DNA of 64,000 nt from Opitutales bacterium (lineage in GTDB: Bacteria > Verrucomicrobiota > Verrucomicrobiia > Opitutales > UBA2987). Below, piece after piece: positions 31,871 through 43,428 of this stretch. The stretch spans positions 32,001-96,000 of the forward strand of contig CBDDEL010000009.1 in assembly GCA_965226885.1 (NCBI GenBank). Direction: 5' to 3'. Position numbers and translations under genes: made by a program. Numbering within the stretch: position 1 is the first letter of the stretch; each line of letters opens with the position of its first letter. The notes below the pieces were generated by a model, which worked only from the letters and a program-made list of their open reading frames with translations, did not search any database and had not been told where the DNA came from.

Positions 31871-33437
31871 CCCGGATATTTCGTAAAAAAAGTATCGTTG
31901 ATATGCTTAACTGCTGATATACAGCAGGATAGATCAATAATTAAAGCAATATCAGCGATGACAAAAGGTAAACAATTAAAGCTACAGTTGACAAGGGTAA
32001 AAGGCCGCCGTGTGCGGGTTGATTTCAAGGGCGGAGAGGTTACTTCGGATGCCGGACTGCTTTTGATCCGGGAAGTGGATCGGCAGTTGGGCTTGACCGA
32101 ACGAGCGGCCCGACAGTTAGTGGACAAACGGCAGAAGGGCAAAGTACGCCATGAGGTATTGGGGATGCTGCGGCAGCGCGTTTACGGGCTGGTGGCGGGC
32201 TATGAGGATTTGAACGACTTTGATACCCTGCGCCACGATCCATTGTTGCAAACGGTAACGGGGCGCATTGAAACGTTGGCCAGCGCGCCGACTTTGTGTC
32301 GTTTTGAAAACGGGCAGGATCGGCGGGCGGCCTTTGCGGTAAACGAGCTGTTGGTCGAACAGTTCATGGGCTCCTTTGCCGAGGAACCCGAAGAGATCAT
32401 CCTGGACTTTGACGCCACCGACAATCCGGTGCACGGGCTCCAGGAGGGACGTTTTCTCCACGGTTATTATGATCATTACTGTTTTCTGCCGCTATATGTT
32501 TTTTGCGGTGATCAGCTGCTGGTGGCCTACCTGCGGCCGAGCAAGATCGATGCCAGCAAGCATGCCGGGGCCATCCTCAAATTGCTGGTTAAACGGATGC
32601 GCCAAAGCTGGCCCCGTACGCGGCTTATTTGGCGCGCCGACAGTGGATTTTGTCGAGACCGGATACTCTCTTGGTGCGACCGCAACGAAGTTAGTTACAT
32701 CGTGGGGATGGCTCGCAATGCACGCTTGCAGCAAGACGCCCAGCAGTTGCAAAAGCAGGCCAAAGAATGGTTCGAACTAAGGGGTAAAAAACAACGGTTA
32801 TTCCAGGACTTCGTCTATGCTGCCGATTCGTGGCGATGGCTGCGGTTGGTCATCCATAAAGCCGAACACACCGCACAGGGGTCCAACCCGCGCTTCGTGG
32901 TGACGAACCTGCCGGGCGATCCCCAGGAGCTTTACGACAAGGTATACTGTGGCCGCGGTGAAATGGAGAACCGAATCAAGGAACAGATGCAATTGTTCAG
33001 CGAGCGCACCAGCGCCCATCAATGGTGGGCCAATCAGTGGCGATTGCTCTTGTCGGCGCTGGCCTACACCTTGATGGAAGCCATGCGCCGGTTAGCCTTA
33101 AAAGGGACGAAGTGGGCGCGGGCCCAATGCCACACCCTGCGGCTCAAATTAATCAAGATCGGAGCGGTCATCGTGCGCAACACCCGAACGATTCACTTTC
33201 ACCTAAGTGAGAGTTATCCTTGGGCCAGTCTTTTCAACCATGCGGCCCGCCGATTGGTGCCAACCTAAAGGGTGCATTGGTGCTGCCCCCGGCACTACCG
33301 AACCAATGGGGGAAAGGGGGCAGTGTCTCTACACCCTGAAAAACACCTAAAAATCAAGACGATCTGCTCAAAATACAAAGAAATCCATCTCCAATAGCAA
33401 TAACGAGCCAAACTTTACCCTTCATGAAATATCCGGG
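31871..33437 (+). mobile_element. IS1380-family element, copy 3
   Basis: Same IRs, TSD ATAG; transposase 31898-33268. Confidence 0.95.
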
Positions 33438-33454
33438 ATAGTTCTGTCAGGCTA

Positions 33455-36139
33455 TTAATCCGGCAATTGAATAGTAACAGTTAAGCGGCGTATTGAACAT
33501 CCCGATGATGGAAGAGTTTTTTAATCAAAATTGGTTTTCGTTGCCTGCTGCGCAGGTAGGTTCGCAGACTTCCCTGCAACTCAATTTGGCTGCGCGGGGC
33601 CGGCAGGTTCTTCAAGTTCGCTTTGACCGTGTTATTCAAATACTCATCGGGGTTCAATTCGGGACTGTAAGATGGTAGATAAAAAATCCCGATCCTATCG
33701 CGGTGGGCTTCAATCCAACCGGTTACTTTTTTAGCATGATGCACTCTCAGATTGTCCACAATGAGAAAGATTTTCCGTTTGGCTCCTTTGATTAACTGGC
33801 GCAGAAATTTGATAAACAGTTCCACATTCAAGGCTCCCTTGTAAACCATGAAACGCAGCTTTCCACGGTTGGTTATAGTCGAGATCATGCTCGTGCTAAA
33901 ACGACGCGCACTGCGTTTGGCAACTGGCGTTTTACCGCGCGGAGCATAACCTCTTCCCCGATGATCTTCGCTACTGATGCCGGTTTCATCTCCCCAGTGG
34001 ATTTGGGCCTGTTGCGCTTTGGCTCTGGCTTCGATGGCCGGGTAAGTTTGATCAAGCCACTTCTTAATCGCCTCAGGCTGCTGCTCATAGGCTTGTCTTC
34101 GAGGTTTTTGTGGAGTGAAACCCCAACGGCGAAGATACTCGCCCACCGTGCGGATCGGCATCTTCAAAGCAAACTGCCTTTCAATCAACTCTTGCACCGC
34201 TTGGCGCGTCCACAGGGCAAAGGGCATCTTAAGCTGGTCGGGTCTCTTATCGGTAATCATTCGGCACACCATGCGCTCTTGTTGGGAGCTCAATCTTCGA
34301 CATTGGCCCTGCCGACGGCCCCGTTGTCCAAGCCGCAGGGCTTTTGGCCCTCCATTTCGGTAAAGGGCCCACCATTTGCGCACAGCGCTGATCGATACCT
34401 TTAACCCGGATATTTCATGAAGGGTAAAGTTTGGCTCGTTATTGCTATTGGAGATGGATTTCTTTGTATTTTGAGCAGATCGTCTTGATTTTTAGGTGTT
34501 TTTCAGGGTGTAGAGACACTGCCCCCTTTCCCCCATTGGTTCGGTAGTGCCGGGGGCAGCACCAATGCACCCTTTAGGTTGGCACCAATCGGCGGGCCGC
34601 ATGGTTGAAAAGACTGGCCCAAGGATAACTCTCACTTAGGTGAAAGTGAATCGTTCGGGTGTTGCGCACGATGACCGCTCCGATCTTGATTAATTTGAGC
34701 CGCAGGGTGTGGCATTGGGCCCGCGCCCACTTCGTCCCTTTTAAGGCTAACCGGCGCATGGCTTCCATCAAGGTGTAGGCCAGCGCCGACAAGAGCAATC
34801 GCCACTGATTGGCCCACCATTGATGGGCGCTGGTGCGCTCGCTGAACAATTGCATCTGTTCCTTGATTCGGTTCTCCATTTCACCGCGGCCACAGTATAC
34901 CTTGTCGTAAAGCTCCTGGGGATCGCCCGGCAGGTTCGTCACCACGAAGCGCGGGTTGGACCCCTGTGCGGTGTGTTCGGCTTTATGGATGACCAACCGC
35001 AGCCATCGCCACGAATCGGCAGCATAGACGAAGTCCTGGAATAACCGTTGTTTTTTACCCCTTAGTTCGAACCATTCTTTGGCCTGCTTTTGCAACTGCT
35101 GGGCGTCTTGCTGCAAGCGTGCATTGCGAGCCATCCCCACGATGTAACTAACTTCGTTGCGGTCGCACCAAGAGAGTATCCGGTCTCGACAAAATCCACT
35201 GTCGGCGCGCCAAATAAGCCGCGTACGGGGCCAGCTTTGGCGCATCCGTTTAACCAGCAATTTGAGGATGGCCCCGGCATGCTTGCTGGCATCGATCTTG
35301 CTCGGCCGCAGGTAGGCCACCAGCAGCTGATCACCGCAAAAAACATATAGCGGCAGAAAACAGTAATGATCATAATAACCGTGGAAAAAACGTCCCTCCT
35401 GGAGCCCGTGCACCGGATTGTCGGTGGCGTCAAAGTCCAGGATGATCTCTTCGGGTTCCTCGGCAAAGGAGCCCATGAACTGTTCGACCAACAGCTCGTT
35501 TACCGCAAAGGCCGCCCGCCGATCCTGCCCGTTTTCAAAACGACACAAAGTCGGCGCGCTGGCCAACGTTTCAATGCGCCCCGTTACCGTTTGCAACAAT
35601 GGATCGTGGCGCAGGGTATCAAAGTCGTTCAAATCCTCATAGCCCGCCACCAGCCCGTAAACGCGCTGCCGCAGCATCCCCAATACCTCATGGCGTACTT
35701 TGCCCTTCTGCCGTTTGTCCACTAACTGTCGGGCCGCTCGTTCGGTCAAGCCCAACTGCCGATCCACTTCCCGGATCAAAAGCAGTCCGGCATCCGAAGT
35801 AACCTCTCCGCCCTTGAAATCAACCCGCACACGGCGGCCTTTTACCCTTGTCAACTGTAGCTTTAATTGTTTACCTTTTGTCATCGCTGATATTGCTTTA
35901 ATTATTGATCTATCCTGCTGTATATCAGCAGTTAAGCATATCAACGATACTTTTTTTACGAAATATCCGGGTTAAAACCACGGAAACCTCTTCATAAGTG
36001 CAACCCTCTCTTTTCAGATCCACCGCCCGACACCTCAGCTCATATATAGTCTCTTCGCTTAGTGAACGCGCATCATTCCTATTCATGAACCTACTTTAGC
36101 ATAAGTTATTGATATGTCACTATTTATTTGCCGGATTAA
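33455..36139 (-). mobile_element. IS630-family element type A, interrupted by IS1380
   Basis: IRs TTAATCCGGCAA / TTGCCGGATTAA, TA duplication; transposase 36086-33481 (MNRNDARSL, WGDETG, VDNLRVH, YSPELNPDE) split at TTAA. Confidence 0.92.
34405..35971 (-). mobile_element. IS1380-family element, copy 4 (nested in IS630-A)
   Basis: Same IRs, TSD TTAA; transposase 34574-35944. Confidence 0.95.
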
Positions 36140-36323
36140 TAGTAAGCCCGGTCAGAATGCTCATAACACTGATCTGGTTATTGGAGAGGTTTAGATCCAA
36201 CAGATTGGTAAGTCCGCTCAGGGCAGTGATATTGCTGATCTGGTTATCATTAAGGGTTAGAAATTTCAGGCTGGTGAGCCCGCCCAGGGCGCTAATATCG
36301 GTGATCTGGTTATTGGAGAGGTT

Positions 36324-37929
36324 GGTAGTGTATTAAGTAGGAATGGTGGCTAATTCTTGATTATATTGATGAATGAAAAGTCTCAGACAGGTTTCATGCA
36401 TACTCTTAAGCTTGGAAAAGGAGAGGGTTTTGCGTGTGAAACGACCCAGTCGTTGGCGCAGGGTATTGTTCCATCGTTCCACATGGGCCGTTTCACCGGT
36501 TTCTTTTCCCACGGATCGGTTATGAGGAAAGACTTCATCATAAGTGCTCCAAAAGTCGCTGTAGGTGGCACATCTTTTGTAGGCCCGTGGCAGACGCTCG
36601 TAAAGTTCCCGGCAACGATACCAATCCCGAGGCCCAATGGCATAGGAGAGGATTTGACGGGTGCGTCGGCAAAGAGCGATCCAAACCCATTGGGCATCGC
36701 TCTTGCGCCCCACAAAAGACCACAGTTCGTCCAGTTCAATGACATCATGGCGGCGGGCCGCAAGAATCGTGCTTTTGAGCGGTCGCAGCGATTGTCGTTT
36801 TTTTTAACCAACTCAAAACGGTGTTGGGACTCACCCCGAAGGCGCGCTGTAAACCGCGTAGACTGCTGCGTTCCTGATAGACTCGAAGGATCATTTCTTT
36901 TTGCTCTTCGGTGTATTTCACTGTGGGGTTTTCGCGGCTTTGTTTACCACAATCATGGCAGCGGTAGCGCTGTTTATGGTTGGGCGTCTTGCCAAATTTA
37001 GGTAGTGTTAACATGACGAATGTTTGATATTGCTGTTGTATTCCCAGATGAACAAGCACAGGACGCGAAAATGCATGACCAAAGACTTCGAGAATGACAG
37101 CGTTTTACGCACATAGCGTGACAGGGACTGTCGCAAGGTATTGTTCCAGCGTTCGATATGGGCGGTTTGGCCGGATTGTTTCCCGCTGGCGCTGTTGTGA
37201 GGGAAAACCTTGTCGTAGCTTTCCCAGTAATCGCTTACGGTGGCACAGTCGCGATAGGGCTGGGCGATGTTGTGATACAACTGCCAGCACGTTTGATCGC
37301 TACGATCACCCAGAGAAAACCCGACGACCTGTCGGGTACGTCGACACAAGGCTACCCATAGCCATACCTGCCCCGAACGCTTATCGCCCCAGAATGACCA
37401 CACCTCGTCCAGTTCCAGCACATCACTACACTGGCGGGCAAGCAGAGTGGACTCCAGCTTCGGCAAACTCAGGACTTTTTTTTAATCCATTCGATGACCG
37501 TCTTTGGGGCTACCCCGAAGGTACGGTAAATGGCACGCAGGCTCATCCGGTTTTGGTGCGCACGGAGCACCTGCTTGACCAGCGCCGGAGGATGCTCACG
37601 ACTTTTGGGGTGAAGCCGAAACTGATAACCACACCCCTTGCATCGATACTTCTGAACCCCTTTCGGATCCTTGCCGTGCTTGATGATGTGATCGCTTCCG
37701 CATTGAGGACATTTTACTGTGATATGGACCATTCCCAGTTCACAACATAATCACGCTAAAAAGTACAGCTTAAACATTCAAAATGTTAACACTACCCAAA
37801 TTTAATGATATTTGCACTTCCACAGTGCCGACAATTAATAATTTTAGTAACCATGCACTAAGAATAAACTGCCTAACGCTATTTGTACAGCTAAAAATAC
37901 AAAATAACATTCTTTTTTTATACACTACC
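36324..37929 (-). mobile_element. IS1-family element type A, copy 3, interrupted by IS1-B
   Basis: GGTAGTG/CACTACC ends; insA split; no TSD. Confidence 0.92.
37001..37796 (-). mobile_element. IS1-family element type B (796 bp)
   Basis: IRs GGTAGTGTTAACAT / ATGTTAACACTACC, TSD CAAATTTA; insA 37469-37732 ending in an A8G run, insB frame ending 37008 (ELDEVWSF, HIERWNNTLR). Confidence 0.93.
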
Positions 37930-38155
37930 GGCATTCGCAACCATTCCCCCAGGAAGTAAACTTGCATTTGAAACCACTTTCCAGCCATCTGTCTTATCAG
38001 GGTTTCCCTTCTCCCTAATTCCAGGAAAGAAAAGCAAGCCTGACCTTCATTTACAAATTACCTAGACAAGGTGATAAATGAATTAATGGAAATAATAACC
38101 CCAGTAATATTCCCCGGCAAGCATTTATTGGGACTCCTTGACTTGTAATGAAGTC

Positions 38156-39517
38156 TTAATTTTTGCTGATTTTATCTTTCCAGGAGGTGACGCCGTTGAC
38201 GAGTTCCGAGGCGTGGATGACGAAGGGCGCCCAGGCTTTGCGGCCGCTGGTCCCAATGAGGTTGAACCGCAAAACGGGGTCTCCGGTGAGGTCGAATTCG
38301 AGCAGCCCGAAATTGTCTTCCCTCGTGAACATTTTTCGGATGCGCAGTTCCGGTATCCTTCCGGTACGGGGCTCGTTGGCGGTCTGGGCGAGGGGAGAAC
38401 TGACCAGGTCGTAAAAATCGTAGCCACCTTTTTCCGACCAGGGGATGGCATTCAATTCACCTACATGGGTGTCGCCGGAGAGTAGGATTACGCCGTTGAT
38501 TTCATTTTTTCGGATGTATTCAAACAGGCTGTTGCGTTCGTGCAGGTAGGCGGACCAGGCATCGCCGGTTGGCCCTTTGCTTTTAGTCCAGCCGCTTCCA
38601 GATATGAGGACTTTGAAGGGCGAATCACTGGCGGAAAGAGCTTTCTTGAGCCATTTTAGTTGTTGTTTGCCCAGCATGGTTTTCTTCGCATGATCGGGTT
38701 CTTCGTTGGGATCGCGGTGATAGCGGACGTCTAGAAAGAAAAAGTCGATTCCACCGTAACGATATTTGAAAAACACCCCGGGAGCGTCCGGCAGGCCATA
38801 GGATGGGTTGGCCCAGTAGCTTTTGAAAATTTTCAGCGATTGCGCCTTGCCGGGATGCCTGCGGTCGTAATTGTTGAGGCCGAAATCGTGGTCGTCCCAG
38901 ATTGCCAACTGCGGAATTGTGTGGTTGACGGGCTGCAAGGTGGCCACGCCGCGCTGCCTGCGCCATTCTTCAGCCATAATGTCCGGGTCCATCGTGTCGC
39001 CGTAGATGGAGTCGCCGAGCCAGAAAAAGAGGTCCGGCTGCACCTTGTAAACCGTTGACCAGATGTTTTGCACGCGATCATGAAGAATGCGGGTGCAGGA
39101 ACCATATGCCACCGTGAACCGCAAAGGCTCGCCCTCGGCAGGAGCCGTCTTGGTGTAAAATGGCAGAACCTGCTCCTGATAGCGGGGCGTCTTTCCTTTG
39201 ACCTTGAAACGGTAATAGTAGCGGGTGGCGGGCTCAAGGCCGCTCAAATGCCATTTTAAAACATAATCCTCCGCTTTGGTGGTGGTTAGCGCGAGGTGGC
39301 GTGAATCGGTAAATGTGTTGGTCGTGGCAAACTCGATTTCCCCCGTAAAAGGTCCGCTGAGGCGTCCCCAGATTGTTATTTCATGGGGCGTCACCGCACC
39401 TACCATGGGGCCTTGCATAAACCGTGGATAACCCGGCAATTCTTCGGCATTTAATGAAAAAACCCATCCAGCAATCAAAAGAATGGGCGCGGACAATAGA
39501 CATTTTGATAATTTCAT
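38156..39517 (-). CDS. Alkaline phosphatase D family protein, secreted
   Basis: Signal peptide, GPMVG, YGSC, WLGDSIYGD, WDDHD, LDVRYHR, LSGDTH. Confidence 0.88.
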   Translation of the reverse strand: MKLSKCLLSAPILLIAGWVFSLNAEELPGYPRFMQGPMVGAVTPHEITIWGRLSGPFTGEIEFATTNTFTDSRHLALTTTKAEDYVLKWHLSGLEPATRYYYRFKVKGKTPRYQEQVLPFYTKTAPAEGEPLRFTVAYGSCTRILHDRVQNIWSTVYKVQPDLFFWLGDSIYGDTMDPDIMAEEWRRQRGVATLQPVNHTIPQLAIWDDHDFGLNNYDRRHPGKAQSLKIFKSYWANPSYGLPDAPGVFFKYRYGGIDFFFLDVRYHRDPNEEPDHAKKTMLGKQQLKWLKKALSASDSPFKVLISGSGWTKSKGPTGDAWSAYLHERNSLFEYIRKNEINGVILLSGDTHVGELNAIPWSEKGGYDFYDLVSSPLAQTANEPRTGRIPELRIRKMFTREDNFGLLEFDLTGDPVLRFNLIGTSGRKAWAPFVIHASELVNGVTSWKDKISKN

Positions 39518-39653
39518 TTTTCGCGAATACGTAATCTTAGCAATTGAAGAACACTTTACAGCAATAGCGCTGGCCATAACATTACCACATTTTGGAGTTC
39601 GAGAAAAAGGATATTCTCTCTGTTTGCTTATTTTGGCCATAGTTTATTGAATT

Positions 39654-39756
39654 ATGAGCAAGTATAATTGGAATGCCAAAGATTATGAGAAACACTCACA
39701 AACTCAACAAAAATGGGCAAGAGAGCTAATAAGCAAACTAGATACTAATGGTATAG
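39654..39756 (+). pseudogene. 5' stub of a class I SAM-dependent methyltransferase (Tam-like)
   Basis: MSKYNWNAKDYEKHSQTQQKWARELISKL cut at an IS3-A left end; AT-rich. Confidence 0.65.
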
Positions 39757-39918
39757 TGATGTGCACTGGAAAAAGTGGACACGAGATTCTCCTAAATGGA
39801 GAATCGAAGCATGGGAAGAAGACGCTTTAGCCCGGATATTTCATGAAGGGTAAAGTTTGGCTCGTTATTGCTATTGGAGATGGATTTCTTTGTATTTTGA
39901 GCAGATCGTCTTGATTTT
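39757..39918. mobile_element. IS end fragments: IS3-A left end (39757-39830) and IS1380 right end (39831-39918)
   Basis: Matches to the full copies; IS1380 end abuts TTAG in IS3-A orfA. Confidence 0.9.
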
Positions 39919-42540
39919 TGATGTGCACTGGAAAAAGTGGACACGAGATTCTCCTAAATGGAGAATCGAAGCATGGGAAGAAGACGCTTTAGTATAGAGT
40001 GAAGTGGACGGGGTTGTTTGGACAATTTTGACGTGGGATTAAGGTGGAAATCGTGTTCATATTATTTTTTAAAAATATATTTTGTCCTTAGCCAAAGACG
40101 GGCACGCAGGTGCCCGCAAGCTGTATTGGCGGGGAGGTTGGTTTTGCTCCGATTGCATGGACTTCGGCCGGGGTCCGGTAGCCCAGGGCTTGGTGGGGGC
40201 GCAGGTGGTTGTAGAAGTCCAGGTAGCGGGCTATCCCTTCGCTGGCTTCCTTTGCCGTGGCGTATTCGCGCAGGTAAATGTCTTCATACTTGAGGGTTCT
40301 CCAAAAGCGTTCAACAAATATGTTGTCCAGGTAGCGGCCACGCCCGTCCATGCTGATGCGCACCCCGGCTTGCCCCAGCACCGAGGTGAACTCGCTGCCG
40401 GTAAACTGGCTGCCTTGATCGGTGTTGAAGATTTGAGGTTGGGCCCGCCTCAGAGCTTCCTCCAGGGCGAGCACACAGAAGCGGCTCTCCAGGGTGTTGG
40501 AAAGCTGCCAGCTCAACACGTAGCGGCTGAACCAGTCCAACACCACGGTCAAGAAAAGGAATCCTCGGCTCAGCCGCAGGTAAGTGATGTCGCTGCACCA
40601 TACCTGGTCGGGCCGCTCGACCGCCAAACCCCGCAGCAGATAAGGGAAAATGCGGTGCTGCCGGTGCCCCTGGCTCAAGTTTCGACGCGGATAAATAGCC
40701 TCCAGGCCCATTTGGCGCATGAGCCGCTGGATGCGGCCTCGTCCCACTGCATGGCCCTCTCGACGCAGCCACTGGGTCATCCGGCGAGAACCAAAAAACG
40801 GATATTGGGTGTAGAGCTCATCCATGCGATGCATGTAGAGAACGTTCTGCTCGCACTGGGCACGGGCCCGATAGTAATAGCTGCCGCGGGCCAGCCCCAG
40901 CAACTGACATTGCCTGCCGATACTGATTTTTCCTTGAAGTGGTTGCACCATCTTGCGCCTCTCACCAACCGAATTGTTCAGACTTTTTTTTTAGCCAATC
41001 GCATTCTACTTTCAGCTTTCCAATCTCCTGGTAAAGGTGATCTTTTTCCGTCTCGTTGTCCTTGCTGAGAGTCTGCCGCTGGCGCGAAAACAGCTCCGTT
41101 GCTCCCTGCAAAAGCTGCTTCTTCCATTGGGTCACCTGGTTGGGATGCACCTCAAAACGACCGGCGATCTCGTTGATGGTATGAGCGCCCCTGATGGCTT
41201 CCAGGGCCACTCGGGCTTTAAACTCAGCACTGTATTGTCTTCTCTTTCGTGATTTAATAACATTCATAGGTTAGCGGATTTAGTGGTTCAAGACCACCTT
41301 ATTCCACTGTCCAGTTTTCCCCGTCCATTTCACTGAGCGCCACCGAGGTATCGACCAAACTTGGGGTCAACACCAACCAATTGTATAGGTGGAAGAGGCT
41401 CTATCTGGACGATCAGCAGGGCGAAGCCACCTCAAAGCGACAGAGCAGTCCGAAGGAGATGGCGGCCGAGATAGATCGTCTTCGCAAAGAGCTGCGCCGC
41501 TCGGAGCGGATCAACCAGATACTAAAAAAAACGGTGGGCTACTTTGCCAAGGACGAACAATGAAGTACCAGTTTGTCAAAGACAACGAGGGGCGCTTCAA
41601 GATCGAGGAAATATGCTCGGCGATGGGGATTTGTCGCAGTGGCTATTACTGCTGGAGGCACCGAGCGCCCTCGGCCCGGCGGATCGAGGACGAGGGAATC
41701 AAGGGGGCGATCCTGAAGGTACACAAAGAGGCCAAGGGCCGCTATGGGCATCGGCCAATGCACCGCCATCTGAAGGATGATGAGGGCATCGATTGCGGCC
41801 GTGACCGGGCTCTGCGTCTGATGCGTGAAATGGGAATCAAAAGCACCCAGAGTAAACGCTTTAAGCCATTAAAAACCAACAGTAACCATCCCTATGGTTA
41901 CAGCCCCAATGTGCTTAAAAAGCATGGCCAGCCGACCCATATCGACGAGGTCTGGGTGGCGGACACGACCTACCTACGGACCCTGGCCGGTTGGATGTAC
42001 TTGGCCACGGTGATGGACCTGTTCAGCCGACGCCTGCTGGGCTGGAGCGTTTCCAACCACAACGACGCGAAGCTGGTTGGCAAGGCCCTCAAAGCCGCGG
42101 CCATGACCCGCGGCACACTGCGCACCGGGATTATTCATCACAGCGATCGGGGCAGCCCCTACGCCAGCGACGACTATCAGAGGCTGGTCTCTGAACTAGG
42201 CATGAAGCCGAGCATGAGCGCCCAAGGCAACTGCTACGACAACGCGGCCATGGAATCGTTCTACGGCCGCTTCAAGACCAGCACGATTCGAGGCCGCCAC
42301 TTTGCCGACGAGCGCGAACTGCGATCAACTGTCTTCGAATACGTGGAAATCTTCTACAACCGATATCGCAAACATTCCTCTCTGAGTTACCAAAGCCCAG
42401 TCCAATTCGAGGAAAATATTTGCCCCCCATGGGGGGCAACGAGAAAACAAAACCCTTTACCAAAACAAGCCGCCTGACACACTAATCAATAAACAATGAA
42501 TATAAGAGAATCCCGTGTCCAACAAATCCAGTACACGTCA
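39919..42540 (+). mobile_element. IS3-family element type A, copy 3, interrupted by IS3-B
   Basis: Left end 39919-39999, resumes at 41333 with 39 bp of orfA missing; orfB 41560-42477 intact; no TSD. Confidence 0.92.
40000..41332 (-). mobile_element. IS3-family element type B, copy 1
   Basis: TGAAGTGGACGGGG / CCCCGTCCATTTCA ends; orfA 40962-41267 with A9G slippery run, orfB 40088-40951 (WCSDITY, NTDQGSQF, DNIFVERFW). Confidence 0.95.
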
Positions 42541-42821
42541 AGCTTTCCTCTGAAAGATTTCGGAAATCAATTACATAGGCACTCGAAATTCGTTTAAGTT
42601 CTACGAACGTTGGGTACTGTTTTTGCAATGTTCATAATATTTAGGAGTTTTGTTCAGTTCCATATATTGTGCCCGCCTTACGGTTTCAAGGTTTTTCTTA
42701 CCAACACAATTAATATGCAAATAAAAAACCGACCAGCCTATCCGGCAGTAGAGGATCGGTGTTGAAATTATTTTGGGAAACTGGCGCTTGATTTTTTGGG
42801 GTGTGTGTGGATGATGTTTTT

Positions 42822-43400
42822 ATGGTTTCTACTTATTCTACTATGCTTTCTTTGGGGACTTTGGCTCCTGATTTTTCTTTGTTGGATACGGAGGGGAATT
42901 TGGTTTCGCTGGCGGATTATGCGGACGCTTCGGCTTTGCTGGTTGTTTTTATGTGCAATCACTGCCCCTACGTTATTCATTTGAAAAAGGACTTGACTGC
43001 GCTTGCTGCGGAATACGGCGCGCGCGGGGTTGCTACGATCGGCATAAATGCTAACGATGTGGTGAATTATCCTCAGGATGGCCTTGAAAAAATGGCCGAG
43101 GACAAGTCAAAATTTGGTTATCCTTTTCCCTATTTGATGGATGAGTCTCAGGAGACGGCCAAGGCTTATAGGGCGGCTTGCACTCCCGATTTTTATGTTT
43201 TCGACAAGGATCGGCGTTTGGCTTACCGGGGGCAGTTCGACGACAGCCGTCCGCGAAATGACAAGCCGATCACCGGCAGGGATATTCGGGCGGCCCTCAA
43301 TGCGGTGTTGGCGGGCAGACCGGTAGAGGGGGAACAGGCGGCCAGCATGGGCTGCAATATCAAGTGGAAGCCCGGTAACGCACCCGATTATTTCGGCTGA
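42822..43400 (+). CDS. Thioredoxin-fold AhpC/TSA family protein
   Basis: APDFSL, CNHCPYV, AACTPDF, GCNIKW. Confidence 0.9.
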   Translation: MVSTYSTMLSLGTLAPDFSLLDTEGNLVSLADYADASALLVVFMCNHCPYVIHLKKDLTALAAEYGARGVATIGINANDVVNYPQDGLEKMAEDKSKFGYPFPYLMDESQETAKAYRAACTPDFYVFDKDRRLAYRGQFDDSRPRNDKPITGRDIRAALNAVLAGRPVEGEQAASMGCNIKWKPGNAPDYFG

Positions 43401-43428
43401 TTTCTGGTTCAGGTTTTCGGGTCAAATT

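Larger units (their letters stand above)
24681..36323 (-). pseudogene. Large surface protein (internalin-like LRR, cadherin-like, NIDO-like x2, jelly-roll, Ig/BACON-like, C-terminal DxDGDG domain) fragmented by IS
   Basis: Segments 36323-36142, 33454-33442, 31870-30387, 29576-27188 and 25616-24681 total 5004 nt and join in frame; 5' end missing. Confidence 0.88.

Noticed and set aside
33275..33324. HDV-like ribozyme call for the IS1380 pseudoknot
   Set aside because: Lacks the catalytic C in the joining strand and the L3 consensus; kept only as a generic pseudoknot
40082..41068. 328-aa antisense ORF in IS3-B (also 54728-55714)
   Set aside because: Antisense shadow of the transposase; recurs only because the IS is repeated
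42720..42765. Possible attC after the nested IS stack
   Set aside because: Weak hairpin without proper core sites
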